This document shows positions 52,261 through 61,748 of a stretch of DNA of 64,000 nt, one piece after another. The notes below the pieces were generated by a model. The model worked only from the letters and a program-made list of their open reading frames with translations, ran no database searches and was not told the origin of the DNA. Numbering within the stretch: the stretch's first letter is position 1; each line of letters opens with the position of its first letter. Origin of the DNA: an uncultured Nitrososphaerota archaeon (lineage in GTDB: Archaea; Thermoproteota; Nitrososphaeria; Nitrososphaerales; Gagatemarchaeaceae). The translations under genes were made by a program, and so were the position numbers. The stretch spans positions 352,001-416,000 of the forward strand of contig CAVRAG010000007.1 of NCBI GenBank assembly GCA_963718895.1. Reading direction: 5' to 3'.

Positions 52261-55246
52261 CTAAGTCGCTACCAGATTGACGCCTGGTACGGGTGCAGAG
52301 ACCGCCGCGTTAGAGGTGGTCACTGCAGCGAAGGTGACGGAGTATGTGCCTGCTGGGACCGTCTGTAGGTCGAGGCAGACAACCGAGTTGGTTGTCCTGA
52401 TGTGATTGTGGCTGTTCCTTCTGCTACGTAGATGCTGGTTCCGGACTTGAGGGTGGCGAAGATGACCACGGTCTGCGCGGTGTTCCAGCTGTTTGTGACA
52501 CTGATTGTCACGCCCTTGTAGGCGCCGATGACACCGTATGTCGCTGCGCCTGTGTTGAAGGTGATGGAGTCTGCGAACGGCACTGTGACTGTAAGCGTCT
52601 CACTTGCGGATCCGCTCACAGGTGCAAAGGTGCTGCCGGTGACAGACAGTGTTCCTGTCCCAGCGACTAGGCCACAGACGTTGGCTGTCAGAGTGCTTGG
52701 CGAACCAAGCGTCTGAGTGCCAGACCATGCTATGTTAGCCGACGAGATTGGACTTCCATTGTATGTCGCAGTGAAGCTGGCTGTGTTGAAGTCGCCCGCT
52801 GCGCTGGTGACGGTCACCGCTTCGCAGCCGGTTGCTGTGGTTGTGCGGGCGAAGGTGAAGGTTGGAGCCACGGAGTCAACGAGGACCTGGTAGGAGGAGG
52901 ACACGGCTGTGTTCCCCTTGTTGTCCGTTGCGTTGAACTGTATCGTGGACAGGCCCGTTGCAAGGGTCACTGGAACGCTCCAGAGAATCTTGCTGCCCGA
53001 TGCGATGGACGAGGAGAGCCAGGGGTTGGTGTTGATCTTGTAGCCGAGGGTCTTGATGGATGCGGGATATGGGGAGCTGCGACGATGATGTGGAAGATGC
53101 GTACCCAAGCGAGGCGTTGGCCTTACCTGAGAATGTGACGAATGGAGAAGGAGAGTATATGACTCCGCTCACTGGTAGTGGAGAGTTGACGCTGATTGTT
53201 GGCAGTGGGCTGATTGTCGTCACCGTTATCGAACCGGTCACCGCGTTGCCTGCAACGACAGCAGTGGCCGACACTGTGGACGCCCCAAGCGTTGTTGGGA
53301 GAGTCCAAGCGACTGGTCCGAAGCTGCCGTGTCCGGTGTCGTTGGTCGAGAAGGTGAGCGCCGCGATGTAGATCTGCGTCGCAGAGAGCAGGCCGCCGCC
53401 TGAGACGCCTGACGGCGTCAGGTTGACCTGAATCTGCTGTGGGGAGGTGTTAGTGACTATGTTGCCGTAGGCATCCGTGAGGATGGCGTCAACATAGAGT
53501 GTGGCTCCGGACGTCGCGTAGATGGTTGAAGGACCGGAGTTACCCGTTCCCTGACCATTGAGGAACGTCGCGTAGAGCTGGAGCTTGGATGCGGTACCCG
53601 GGGCCGTCTTCACGGCTGGCGAGTTGGACGATACGAAGGACTGTGGGTTGCCTGAGCCATCAACCGGTCTGGTCACCGTCGCGTTCATCGTGGCGGTGGC
53701 GCCGAGGGTTGTGGAGACTTTGAGGCTTGAAGCGAATACTCCCGTGCTGTTGGTGAGTCCTGATACGGCTGGGCTGCCCGAGAAGGTTCCGCTGTAGGAC
53801 TTGGTTGTGTTGCATCCCGTAGAGGGATGCAGATCTGTATCTTCACTGGTACGCCCTGCTGTGCGTAGCCGAGCAAGAGGTGGACGCTTGTGCTGCTTCC
53901 AGCGCCGATCTCATGTGCGCCTCCCGCCTGACTGAATGAGGCGGTGGTTGCGAACGTTGAGGTCTGGATGAACCCAGTGGTTCCGCTGACGCTGAACGAT
54001 GGGCTGGTGCCTGACAGAGTCGCCGCTATCTGACCAATTGAACCGTATACGCCGGATTGGTCATACTGCGGGACGGTGCCATAAGCGCAGGTCCCTGGGA
54101 TGACGCAAGTGGTTGTGGTGGAGGAGCCGGAGAAGAAGCCACTCGCTGCAGATGAGGGTGCCGGTGATTCCTGAGCTGGAGACCCCGTTGCCAAAGGCAT
54201 CGGTTGCAGCGTAGGTGATGGACCCGGCAGCGATCTCAGCATCTGAGGTGAGCGTGGTCCCGTGAGTCGTCACGTAGTGCGTGGATGGGAAGACGGTTGT
54301 GACCCTAAGGTAGAAGGTGACCTTCGCAGGGCAATCCTGCTGCGGTCGTCGTTGCTGCAGGGGTTGAAGCGGCGCTGTTGCCAGAGTATGCGGAGCCCGC
54401 TATGGTGGCTGTTACTCCAGAGCTGTCGCCCAACTTGTTGCTTGGTTGCCATGAAGAGGACACTGCGCCGGAGGAGCTTGTCGTGCCCGTGCTTGGGCTG
54501 AACGATGTCGTGAATCCGCTGGATGGATAGGTGCCCACAGAAGGCGAGAAGGTGACAGGGACGCCAGGCTGGGATGGGGAAGTGAGTGTAGCGGTCACCG
54601 AGAAGGCCGCAGAACCCGCTGTGTACGAGGTCTGTAGGCCTGTCACGACGATCGTTGGAGGTGTTTCACCCGTGGTGTGAGAAGCGACACCGCCATTGGC
54701 TGCGATGGACGTCTCAGTCCATTGTGGACCTGGGTATGCACCTGAGCCGCTCGCATCTACCACCGAGGTCGTGAACGACCCGGTGACTGGTGCAGCAGAC
54801 TTGGGTGACGAGGGTCCCTGGATGGAGACTCCTGAGCCCGTCAGCATGGCTGTGAATCCTGGAGGTAGGCCGGTGGCCCCTGACCCGATGGCTGAACACT
54901 GGATGGCGGTCAAAGAGACCGCGATCGTGTTGAAGAAGCTTCCAGCGGTACAGAAGTCGACCGCGCCCGTTGTGAGTGCGCCGTTGGAACCGTTAGTGAA
55001 GTTCCAACCGCTTGGCGCGATGAATGTGATGGCTGTAATCGTATAGGCGTTGGTCGATGGGTTGGTTACGGCCTCGGTTAAGGCCGTGGGTGTTTCTTGC
55101 AGGACGAGAGTCGGCGTCGTCTTTACCGTCGGCAGACTCGCGTTTCCTGCTGCGTGTGCCGGTACCGCGAAGGGTACCAGGAACAGCATTCCTGAGAGTG
55201 CTAGCAATGCTAGTATAGTTCCCGAACTGAATTTGTTGAAATACAT
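52261..55246 (-). CDS. Large S-layer/surface glycoprotein (about 990 aa, SlaA-like), frameshifted
   Basis: Signal peptide ...FAVPAHA; Thr/Ser/Gly/Ala-rich tandem Ig-like domains (ATDAFGN, LTDAYGN, ATDNKGN); C-terminal beta domain ...VPAGTYSVTF...VNLVAT ending at TAG 52261 with no TM anchor; TATA at about 55292-55298. Confidence 0.75.
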
Positions 55247-55291
55247 CGATAGATGTATTCATTATTTTCAAGACCGGGCGCTCTAAATCAG

Positions 55292-55366
55292 TATATAAGG
55301 AGAGTGGACGAATTGTCCACAAATCAGACGATTTTAGGGGAAAAAGAGGTCTTTTAGCCCCAAAAT
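55292..55366 (-). promoter_or_regulatory. S-layer operon promoter: TATA box plus two inverted repeats
   Basis: TTATATA on the minus strand (55292-55298); GTGGAC-GAATT-GTCCAC (55304-55320); ATTTTaGGGGaAAAAGA-GG-TCTTTTagCCCCAAAAT (55331-55366). Confidence 0.55.
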
Positions 55367-55533
55367 ATCCATGATGCCTCGATTATCCGTAATATTTCAT
55401 TCCCCAAACTTCGCGTGTGCAGAAGCGGACAGCGAGGGGTAGCGAGACCTCAACCTTCCTACGGAGAACCGTGAATTTGTTCCTGCGTGTCCGCGGAGTT
55501 TGGAAGCTGCAGGAACCAACGGCTCGGGACGGG

Positions 55534-56116
55534 TCAGTTCACCTGGATTTCCAGGGTCGAATTGGTCGAGACCACAGTGAACTCGTAGTTCCCAGCCTTC
55601 GCAAAGATATAGGGGGTCAACGATTGCCCCGGGGGTTAGTGTCACCTGGGTGAACGGTGCACCCGTGAACGCCACCGTCGAGCACGTGGGGTTTTCCAGA
55701 CTACAGGAGTGACCCCGTGCAGGACAGACACCTTAGTCACGTTGAATCCATTCTGGGTGACCTGGATGAACTCGGTCACTGGGCTGGTACAATCCGGTGG
55801 CGTAGTACGGTGTGGCCAGGTGTGACGGCGACGTCCCTGGAAGCGGGCGGGTAGTAGTACGGCAATGTGCTGAAATCTGCGACGTAGCTCCCCTGCCCGA
55901 GCGAGAGCTTAGCAGGCGTGGTGTAGGGGGTTCCGTTCACGGTGACGGTGACTTGGACGGGAGTCCGCGGCCGTTCGCGTCGACTGCATCGACTATCAGG
56001 GTTCCTGGCGAGTTGAGCTCCACGAAGGCGTAGACACCCAGCGCGATTATCACGAGCGCGGGCAGGATGAAGATTAGTTTGCCGACTGTTGGATTGTAGC
56101 GGCTCTTCCTCTTCAT
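55534..56116 (-). CDS. Membrane-anchored surface protein with PEGA-like and cupredoxin-like beta domains (frameshifted)
   Basis: N-terminal TM; VTVNGTPYTTPAKLSLGQGSY; QNGFNVTKVSVLHGVTPVVW...LTPG...YIFAKAGNYEF; stop TGA at 55534-55536. Confidence 0.6.
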
Positions 56117-56252
56117 CGTTCTCCCGCCTCGAATCGAGGATTGATTAAGATTCTGGAAGGTCTCTGACACACTCTCTCGTCGCCCGGAGATCTTGCAGCG
56201 TCTGGGCATCGTTTGACCTCGGCCGCTAACGAGAGAGGCGCTCCAGGGCGTT

Positions 56253-57359
56253 CTAGTCGCAGACGTTCACGTTGACTGAGTCGAATCGCGTTGAAGCCGT
56301 ACTGGTAGCGGTTCTCGATCGGCTTGGCCGGTTGGCGATTCCCGGCTTCGTCAGTAGCCCTCGCGGAGATCGTTGTCACTCCCCTTCTCGCTGGATGCCA
56401 GATGAAGGTCCACGTGGCCCACGCGCACTTTCCCATCGCTGCTCAACGTGGGCGTCGTCCCATTCGCCCTGCACCGCCACTTCGACCCGCTCGATCGACC
56501 CGCTCCCTGACCATGCCTTCCCAGAAATCGAGACGCGCTGCCCGACGCGGACCCGGTCTCCCTCCTGTGGAGACGTCACGAGCGACTTGACGCGCATCTC
56601 GGTGACGGGACCCTGACCAAGCTGCGAGTCGTAGACGTACTTCACGGAGTTGAAGAAGGTGTTGAGTGCCGCTCCAGGAAGAACGCGAATGGCCCTGACC
56701 CACTTTACGGAGGCCATCCCATACCAGCCCGGCACGATCAGGCGCGCCGGGAACCCGTGCTCGACCTGCAGCGGCTTCGAGTTCATCTTCAGCGCGAGGA
56801 TCGTGTCCTCCTCCAGCGCCTTTTCAAAGGGGAGGGTGCGGACGAAGCGAATCGGACTTGGCTGACCGTGAACCAATCCTATGTCTTCTCCTTCGGCAAC
56901 GACCTGAGTTCCCAGCTCTGTCATCCCACAATTTGCGAACAGCTCCCTGAGCGGGACACCCGACCACCTCGCCGTGCCGACGGCTCCGTTCCCCCAGGGC
57001 ACCTCGCCCGAGGCGACTCTTGAGAACCCCGACCTTCCGTTCCCGGCGCATTCGAGCGTTGCCGTGACGGTCCGCTGGCGCATCTTCCCGAGGTCGCCGT
57101 AGGTAAAGAGGATTGAATTTCCGGTCTGGACGTCTACGACGGTCAGCCGCCATCCCCGAAGTCAATGGAAGGCACGGAGAAGTGACTCCGAACGAAGAAC
57201 GAGTGGTTGCTGGTAATCCGCGAACTCAGGTCGCGCAGACTCGTCTCGACGTTTGGCTTCGGAACCTGGCTCGTAGCGCCTACACCCGTGGTGCCGGATC
57301 TTGGCCTGATATTTGTCCTTAGTGAAGCCGGAAGTCCTAGTCGTCGACGGTGTCGCCAT
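56253..57359 (-). CDS. Sulfite oxidase family molybdopterin oxidoreductase (frameshifted; start uncertain)
   Basis: FFVRSHF, TLECAGNGR (Mo-ligating Cys), HGFPARLIVPGWYGMASVKW, dimerisation domain AWSG...RATDEAGNRQP. Confidence 0.88.
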
Positions 57360-57543
57360 AGTGGCGGACGTAAAGGCACCAAGAGTCTCAGTTTCAAGTC
57401 TTGGTGATGACATATGTGATGGACGGAGAATGCGTCGCCAGAGCCGACCTTGGAATAATGTTCGGATAAAGGCGAACTTTTCCATGCAAAAGCAAAAGAC
57501 ATATATGGAACTCATCAATTAATTGCAACATAAGTGGTGCCTA

Positions 57544-58014
57544 ATGGGAAAACTTGACGACGTGGACATGAAAATACTCGGGTCTCTCTACCAGGACGCG
57601 TCGGTCTCCATACCGACGCTGAGCAAGAACCTTGGCCTGAATCTCTCGGTCACCTACAGCAGGATCAAGCGACTCACGAAGCGCCAGATAATCAAGCAGT
57701 TCACGATAATCGTCGACGAGGACAAGCTCGGCCTTCCAGCCTCCGCGGTCGTGGGGGTGAACCTCGACCCGAAGCAGCGGGACCAGGCACTCTCCGAGAT
57801 CGCCAAGCTCGACCAGGTCAGGGGGATCCAGGAGGTGACGGGAAGGTTCGACGCGTTCGTGACCCTGAGGGCGAGGACCATAGAGGAGATCTACAAGATA
57901 GGCGCCGAGAACCTCGGGAAGGTCCCGGGCGTCAACCAGGCCGAGACGTTCATCCAGGTCGAGAAGATACGTCCGGTCGTGAAGTTCAGGATCGCCGAAG
58001 CACCGAGCAGCTGA
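57544..58014 (+). CDS. Lrp/AsnC family transcriptional regulator
   Basis: LDDVDMKIL..L..DA, HTH...RIKRL, EVTGRFD, PGV..ETF. Confidence 0.92.
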   Translation: MGKLDDVDMKILGSLYQDASVSIPTLSKNLGLNLSVTYSRIKRLTKRQIIKQFTIIVDEDKLGLPASAVVGVNLDPKQRDQALSEIAKLDQVRGIQEVTGRFDAFVTLRARTIEEIYKIGAENLGKVPGVNQAETFIQVEKIRPVVKFRIAEAPSS

Positions 58015-58052
58015 AATTCACTTATAGTGCGGGAGGCCGCGGCGCGGAACAG

Positions 58053-58743
58053 TTGGACCCCTTCGTCTTAGTCGACCAGTCGGTCGCGCAGGGCGCCCTG
58101 AAGCCCGCGGTGGCGAAGAAGGTGAGGGAGAGGTCGCGCTACCTCTCTGGCCGCCATAGCGAGGGTCGAGACCGCCTCGGGGCTGACCTTCCCGCCCTAC
58201 TACGTCGAGCCCTCCCTCCCGCTCGCGACGACCTCCGTCGAGTTCGGCAGCGTGGGCGCGCTCTACGCCAGGGTGATACCCGCGAAGTTCGAAGGGAGGC
58301 TGACGATCATCGTCCAGTTCACGGCGCCCCTGCTCATCTTCGCGCTCAAGAGCACGGTCGAGGCCGTCGCGGCCCACGAGTTCACCCACTACGTAGACCT
58401 GGTCAGGAGGTTCAGCCGGATGCAGGTCACCAGCGACGAGAGGGTCAGCACGCTCTTCGAGTCGGAGTTCGCGGACGAGGAGAGGGTCGTAGACCCCAGA
58501 AGGATATTCACCGGCGACAGGAAGCTGGCCCTGCTCGTGGAGAAGAAGTTCAGGGGCGGGCTCTCCGACGAGAAGCTCAACGAGAAGGTCGCGAAGAACT
58601 GGATAGAGAAGGGGCTGCCGACGAAGAGGGTCGCGCCGGAGGAGAACGTCGTGAGCGTGGGCGTCGACGTCATCGCGAAGACCGTCTTCGATCCGATGGT
58701 CCTCGCCAGGATCAGGGAACTCGAGGTGAAGGCCCCGGCTTGA
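58053..58743 (+). CDS. Hypothetical protein with HExxH zinc-binding motif (frameshift about 58150)
   Basis: MDPFVLV... joins ORF 58252..58743 containing EAVAAHEFTHY; TTATA at about 58022-58026 upstream. Confidence 0.75.
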
Positions 58744-60372
58744 GCAAGGTCTTCACTCCGGACGAGAAGGACCAGCTCGTCGGGCTCGCCAGCACGCTCG
58801 CCAACGACGAGGTGACCTCCGTGACGGCCTACGGGTCGAGGGTCGCGGGCTACGCGAGGCCGGACTCCGACTACGACATCATCGTCACGTCGAAGCGGTT
58901 CAGCGGAAGGGTGCGGTACAAGTACGTGGACGTCCCCGTGAAGGCCTCGGCGTCTGATCGTCAGGGACGAGCTCTTCCTCTCGGACGCCAAGAAGGCTTC
59001 GCTGGGGGAGTTCGTCTCAGGCAGGCTCCTCAACATCCACATCCCTCTCGTGAACGCGGAGTTCACCAGGGGGGCCGAGATCGAGAACAAGAAGAGGGTC
59101 ATCGCGGAGGCGATCTACGAGCTATCATCCCAGAACGGGGAGTTCTCGCAGGACATCATCATCCCGCTCGACTACTTCCTCTTCGACAAGCTGCACAAGA
59201 GGGCGACCATCTATCCGCCCGTCCTCTACAGCTACGTCAAGACCTACACGTGTCCTTCGGCCCCGGAGAACAGGGCCAGCAGCCTCGACGGGTTCAGGGA
59301 GGCGGCGAAGCTGCTCGCGGCCCAGGGGTTCTTCGAGATGCGGGACGACCGCGTCAGGCTCGTCTCGGAGAAGCTGAAGGGCAGGGCCTTCGCCAGGCTC
59401 CTGGCGCTCTTCAACCTGACCACGCGGGGGGTCAGGCAGTACGCGGTGCACGGCTATGCCGGCAGGGTGGGGCTCTCGGTCGTGAAGGACGAGGCCCTCT
59501 CGAAGGTGAGGAGGTTGCAGCAGAAGGCCGAGCCTCCCGCGGAGCTCCTCCGGCCCAAGGAGCTTCTCGAGATCGAGGAGGGCATAGTCGTGGCCAAGAC
59601 CGCAGACATGGTCCAGGCCCTCGCCGGTCGCGCCTCGTTCTCGACCTACACCCACCAGACCAAGACACTCGGTGAGGTCTACTCGACGGCAAAGCTCGTC
59701 ACCATAAAGGGGGACAGGGAGGTCAGCTACGTCTTCAAGCACTACGCCGACATCCGCTCGATGAAGTGGGCCCTTCTCAACGTCTGGTCGGCCGGGATGA
59801 AGTTCAGGATGTCGCCGCAGGCGAGGATGCACAGGGAGTACGACGCGACCTGCAAGCTCAGGAACTCGGGCGTGGAGACCCCGAAGGTCCTCGGTGCGGC
59901 CATCGACGACAAGGTCCTCGTCAAGGAGTTCGTGGACGGGAAGGTCCTGTCGAAGTTCATAGCGCAGATACTCAAGGGGAGCTCTTCGGACCTCTCGTTC
60001 GTGAGGTCCTACGGCAGAGACCTGGGGAAGATGCACCGCGCAGGGTTCGCCCTGGGGGACGCCAAGGCCGAGAACATCATCGTGAAGGGCGACATCCTCT
60101 ACTTCACGGACCTCGAGCAGGCCGAGGAGGACGGAGACCAGGCCTGGGACATCGCGGAGTTCCTGTACTATGCCGGCAAGCTCTCGCTGAAGGAAGACGC
60201 GCTCGGTCGCGTCGCCGACTCATTCCTGGACGGGTACGTCGAGTCGAACGGCAATGAGAACGTGGTCAAGGCGAAGGCATCCAAGTACGTCCTCCCGTTC
60301 AGGGCCCTGGTCACACCTCAGGTGATGAAGGCCATCAGGGGCTCGCTCGAGAGCCACGCCGTCCGGAGCTAG
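58740..60372 (+). CDS. Fusion: minimal nucleotidyltransferase (Pol-beta superfamily) + helical linker + RIO/Bud32/Kdo-like kinase (frameshift about 58955)
   Basis: TTG 58740 overlaps the upstream TGA; YGSRVAGYARPDSDYDII; C-terminal VFKHY, HREY, TPKVL, KEFVDG, MHRAGFALGDAKAENI, FTDLEQA, WDIAEF. Confidence 0.82.
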
Positions 60373-60680
60373 GTCTTCGTCTTGAAGGTTGTGTACCCGC
60401 AGTTCCCGCAGGACATCCTGTCCTTGTGCTCGGCCATGAAGTATCCCTTGCCGCACCTGGGGCACTCCTTCTTGAGCCTCGTGAGGGTGCTGTCTTCGAC
60501 CTTGTAGAGTTTCCAGACCTGGACGTTGGCCTTCGGCTTCTTCTCCTTTCGCTCCTTCCTCACCTTCGCCGGGGCCTCGCCCTCGGGCAGGACTGCCGCG
60601 GCTGCCGCTGGAGCCGGCGCAGGTGCGGGAGCGGGAGCGCCCTTAGGCGCCGCCTTTGGGTCCTTGGGATCTTTCGACAT
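60369..60680 (-). CDS. rps27ae: 30S ribosomal protein S27ae (eS31)
   Basis: LYKV...RLKKECPRCGKGYFMAEHKDRMSCGNCGYT zinc finger. Confidence 0.95.
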   Translation of the reverse strand: MSKDPKDPKAAPKGAPAPAPAPAPAAAAAVLPEGEAPAKVRKERKEKKPKANVQVWKLYKVEDSTLTRLKKECPRCGKGYFMAEHKDRMSCGNCGYTTFKTKT

Positions 60681-60686
60681 TAATCA

Positions 60687-61046
60687 TCACTTTTTCTTCT
60701 TGGGGGCTGGAGCCGCTGCCGCCGCGGCTGCCGCGTCGGCCTTCTTCTTCGCCGCCTTGGCCGCCTCCTTCTCTTCCTTTGTCAGGAGCCGGACCGAGAG
60801 GTACTGGTGCGCGACCTCCTTGCGACCCGCCTCCGTGTCATAGACGTGGAACCATCCGATGAGGTTCCTCGAGCCCGCCTGGGGCGAGAGCCTTACCAGG
60901 GCCACCCTTCCCTCGGTGGAGTTCAAAGCCTGGGCGACCTCCCTGATAGCCTCTTTCCTGTTGATCGCGCCCGCCTTCCCTCCAAACAAGACCTGGAGCT
61001 CGCTCCTCCCCATGAGCTTCGACTCCTTCCTGGTCACTATCTCCAT
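60687..61046 (-). CDS. rps24e: 30S ribosomal protein S24e (eS24)
   Basis: KESKLMGRSEL..., NRKEA, HVYD pattern; canonical position upstream of rps27ae. Confidence 0.85.
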   Translation of the reverse strand: MEIVTRKESKLMGRSELQVLFGGKAGAINRKEAIREVAQALNSTEGRVALVRLSPQAGSRNLIGWFHVYDTEAGRKEVAHQYLSVRLLTKEEKEAAKAAKKKADAAAAAAAAPAPKKKK

Positions 61047-61160
61047 GACTTCTGACCCTGCCGAGGGCAGGGGTAAATAAAGTGATTATGGCAACTCTCC
61101 GTCCGCACGATTCCGACATGGGAGGGATATTAGGGGGAACGGGACGAGGCAACGCCGCAC

Positions 61161-61628
61161 ATGGAACGCGCGAGGAGGGAGCTGCTCGTCATCATCATCC
61201 TGGTGGTCGCCGTGATCGCTGCCGGTTTCCTTCTGCTCTCCGACCAGCGTGCACCCTCCTCGACCAGCAAGTGCACCCCGGGCGAGTCGAGCCTCGCCAC
61301 TGTGCTAGGTACGTTGACCGTGCCGTCGGGAGGCAGCACGGGCAACCTGACGATGACCGTCGAGAACAGCACGTGCTCGTCCATCACGGGGATAATGGTG
61401 ACCGCTGCACAGCCGACGTTGGCTGGCGTGGTCAACAGCACGTTCGTCGAATACTATGGGACGCCAGTCAGCGTCTCGAACGCGTTGCCGGTCGGGCAGG
61501 GCGCGGCCGGACAGCTTCATGTGACGGGAATCGCGGCCGGACAGCAGTATAGGCTGACCGTGAAGGTGACCTTCTCATCCGGAGCCGCCGCGCAGATTCT
61601 GACTTTGGTCATAGAATCAAAGGCCTAG
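61161..61628 (+). CDS. Hypothetical membrane-anchored beta-rich protein
   Basis: N-terminal TM, LTMTVEN, AGQQYRLTVKVTF; two Cys. Confidence 0.7.
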   Translation: MERARRELLVIIILVVAVIAAGFLLLSDQRAPSSTSKCTPGESSLATVLGTLTVPSGGSTGNLTMTVENSTCSSITGIMVTAAQPTLAGVVNSTFVEYYGTPVSVSNALPVGQGAAGQLHVTGIAAGQQYRLTVKVTFSSGAAAQILTLVIESKA

Positions 61629-61748
61629 CCGCGGCCCTGGTCCGGCGCCAGTGCCAAACAGCCCCGGGAGAAGCGGGGGCCCGCCACCGGTTCGGGGCAT
61701 GTCCCTTGGGTCGCATCCTTGGACCGGGCCGATGGTCTGCTCCACGGT

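Noticed and set aside
50990-55246. S-layer genes as horizontally acquired because of lower GC
   Set aside because: The shift is explained by Thr/Ser-rich composition and probable high-expression codon usage; the ABC binding protein shows the same pattern.
11778-60372. Mass pseudogenisation or programmed frameshifting suggested by many split genes
   Set aside because: Indels hit normally essential genes (lig, nadE) and the S-layer genes, catalytic motifs are otherwise intact, and no consistent slippery sequence is evident. Sequencing error is the simpler explanation.
58740-60372. KEOPS Bud32 kinase call based on proximity to rps27ae
   Set aside because: Opposite orientation, no kae1 adjacent, HGD replaced by LGD, and fused to an MNT domain; kept as an unassigned atypical kinase.
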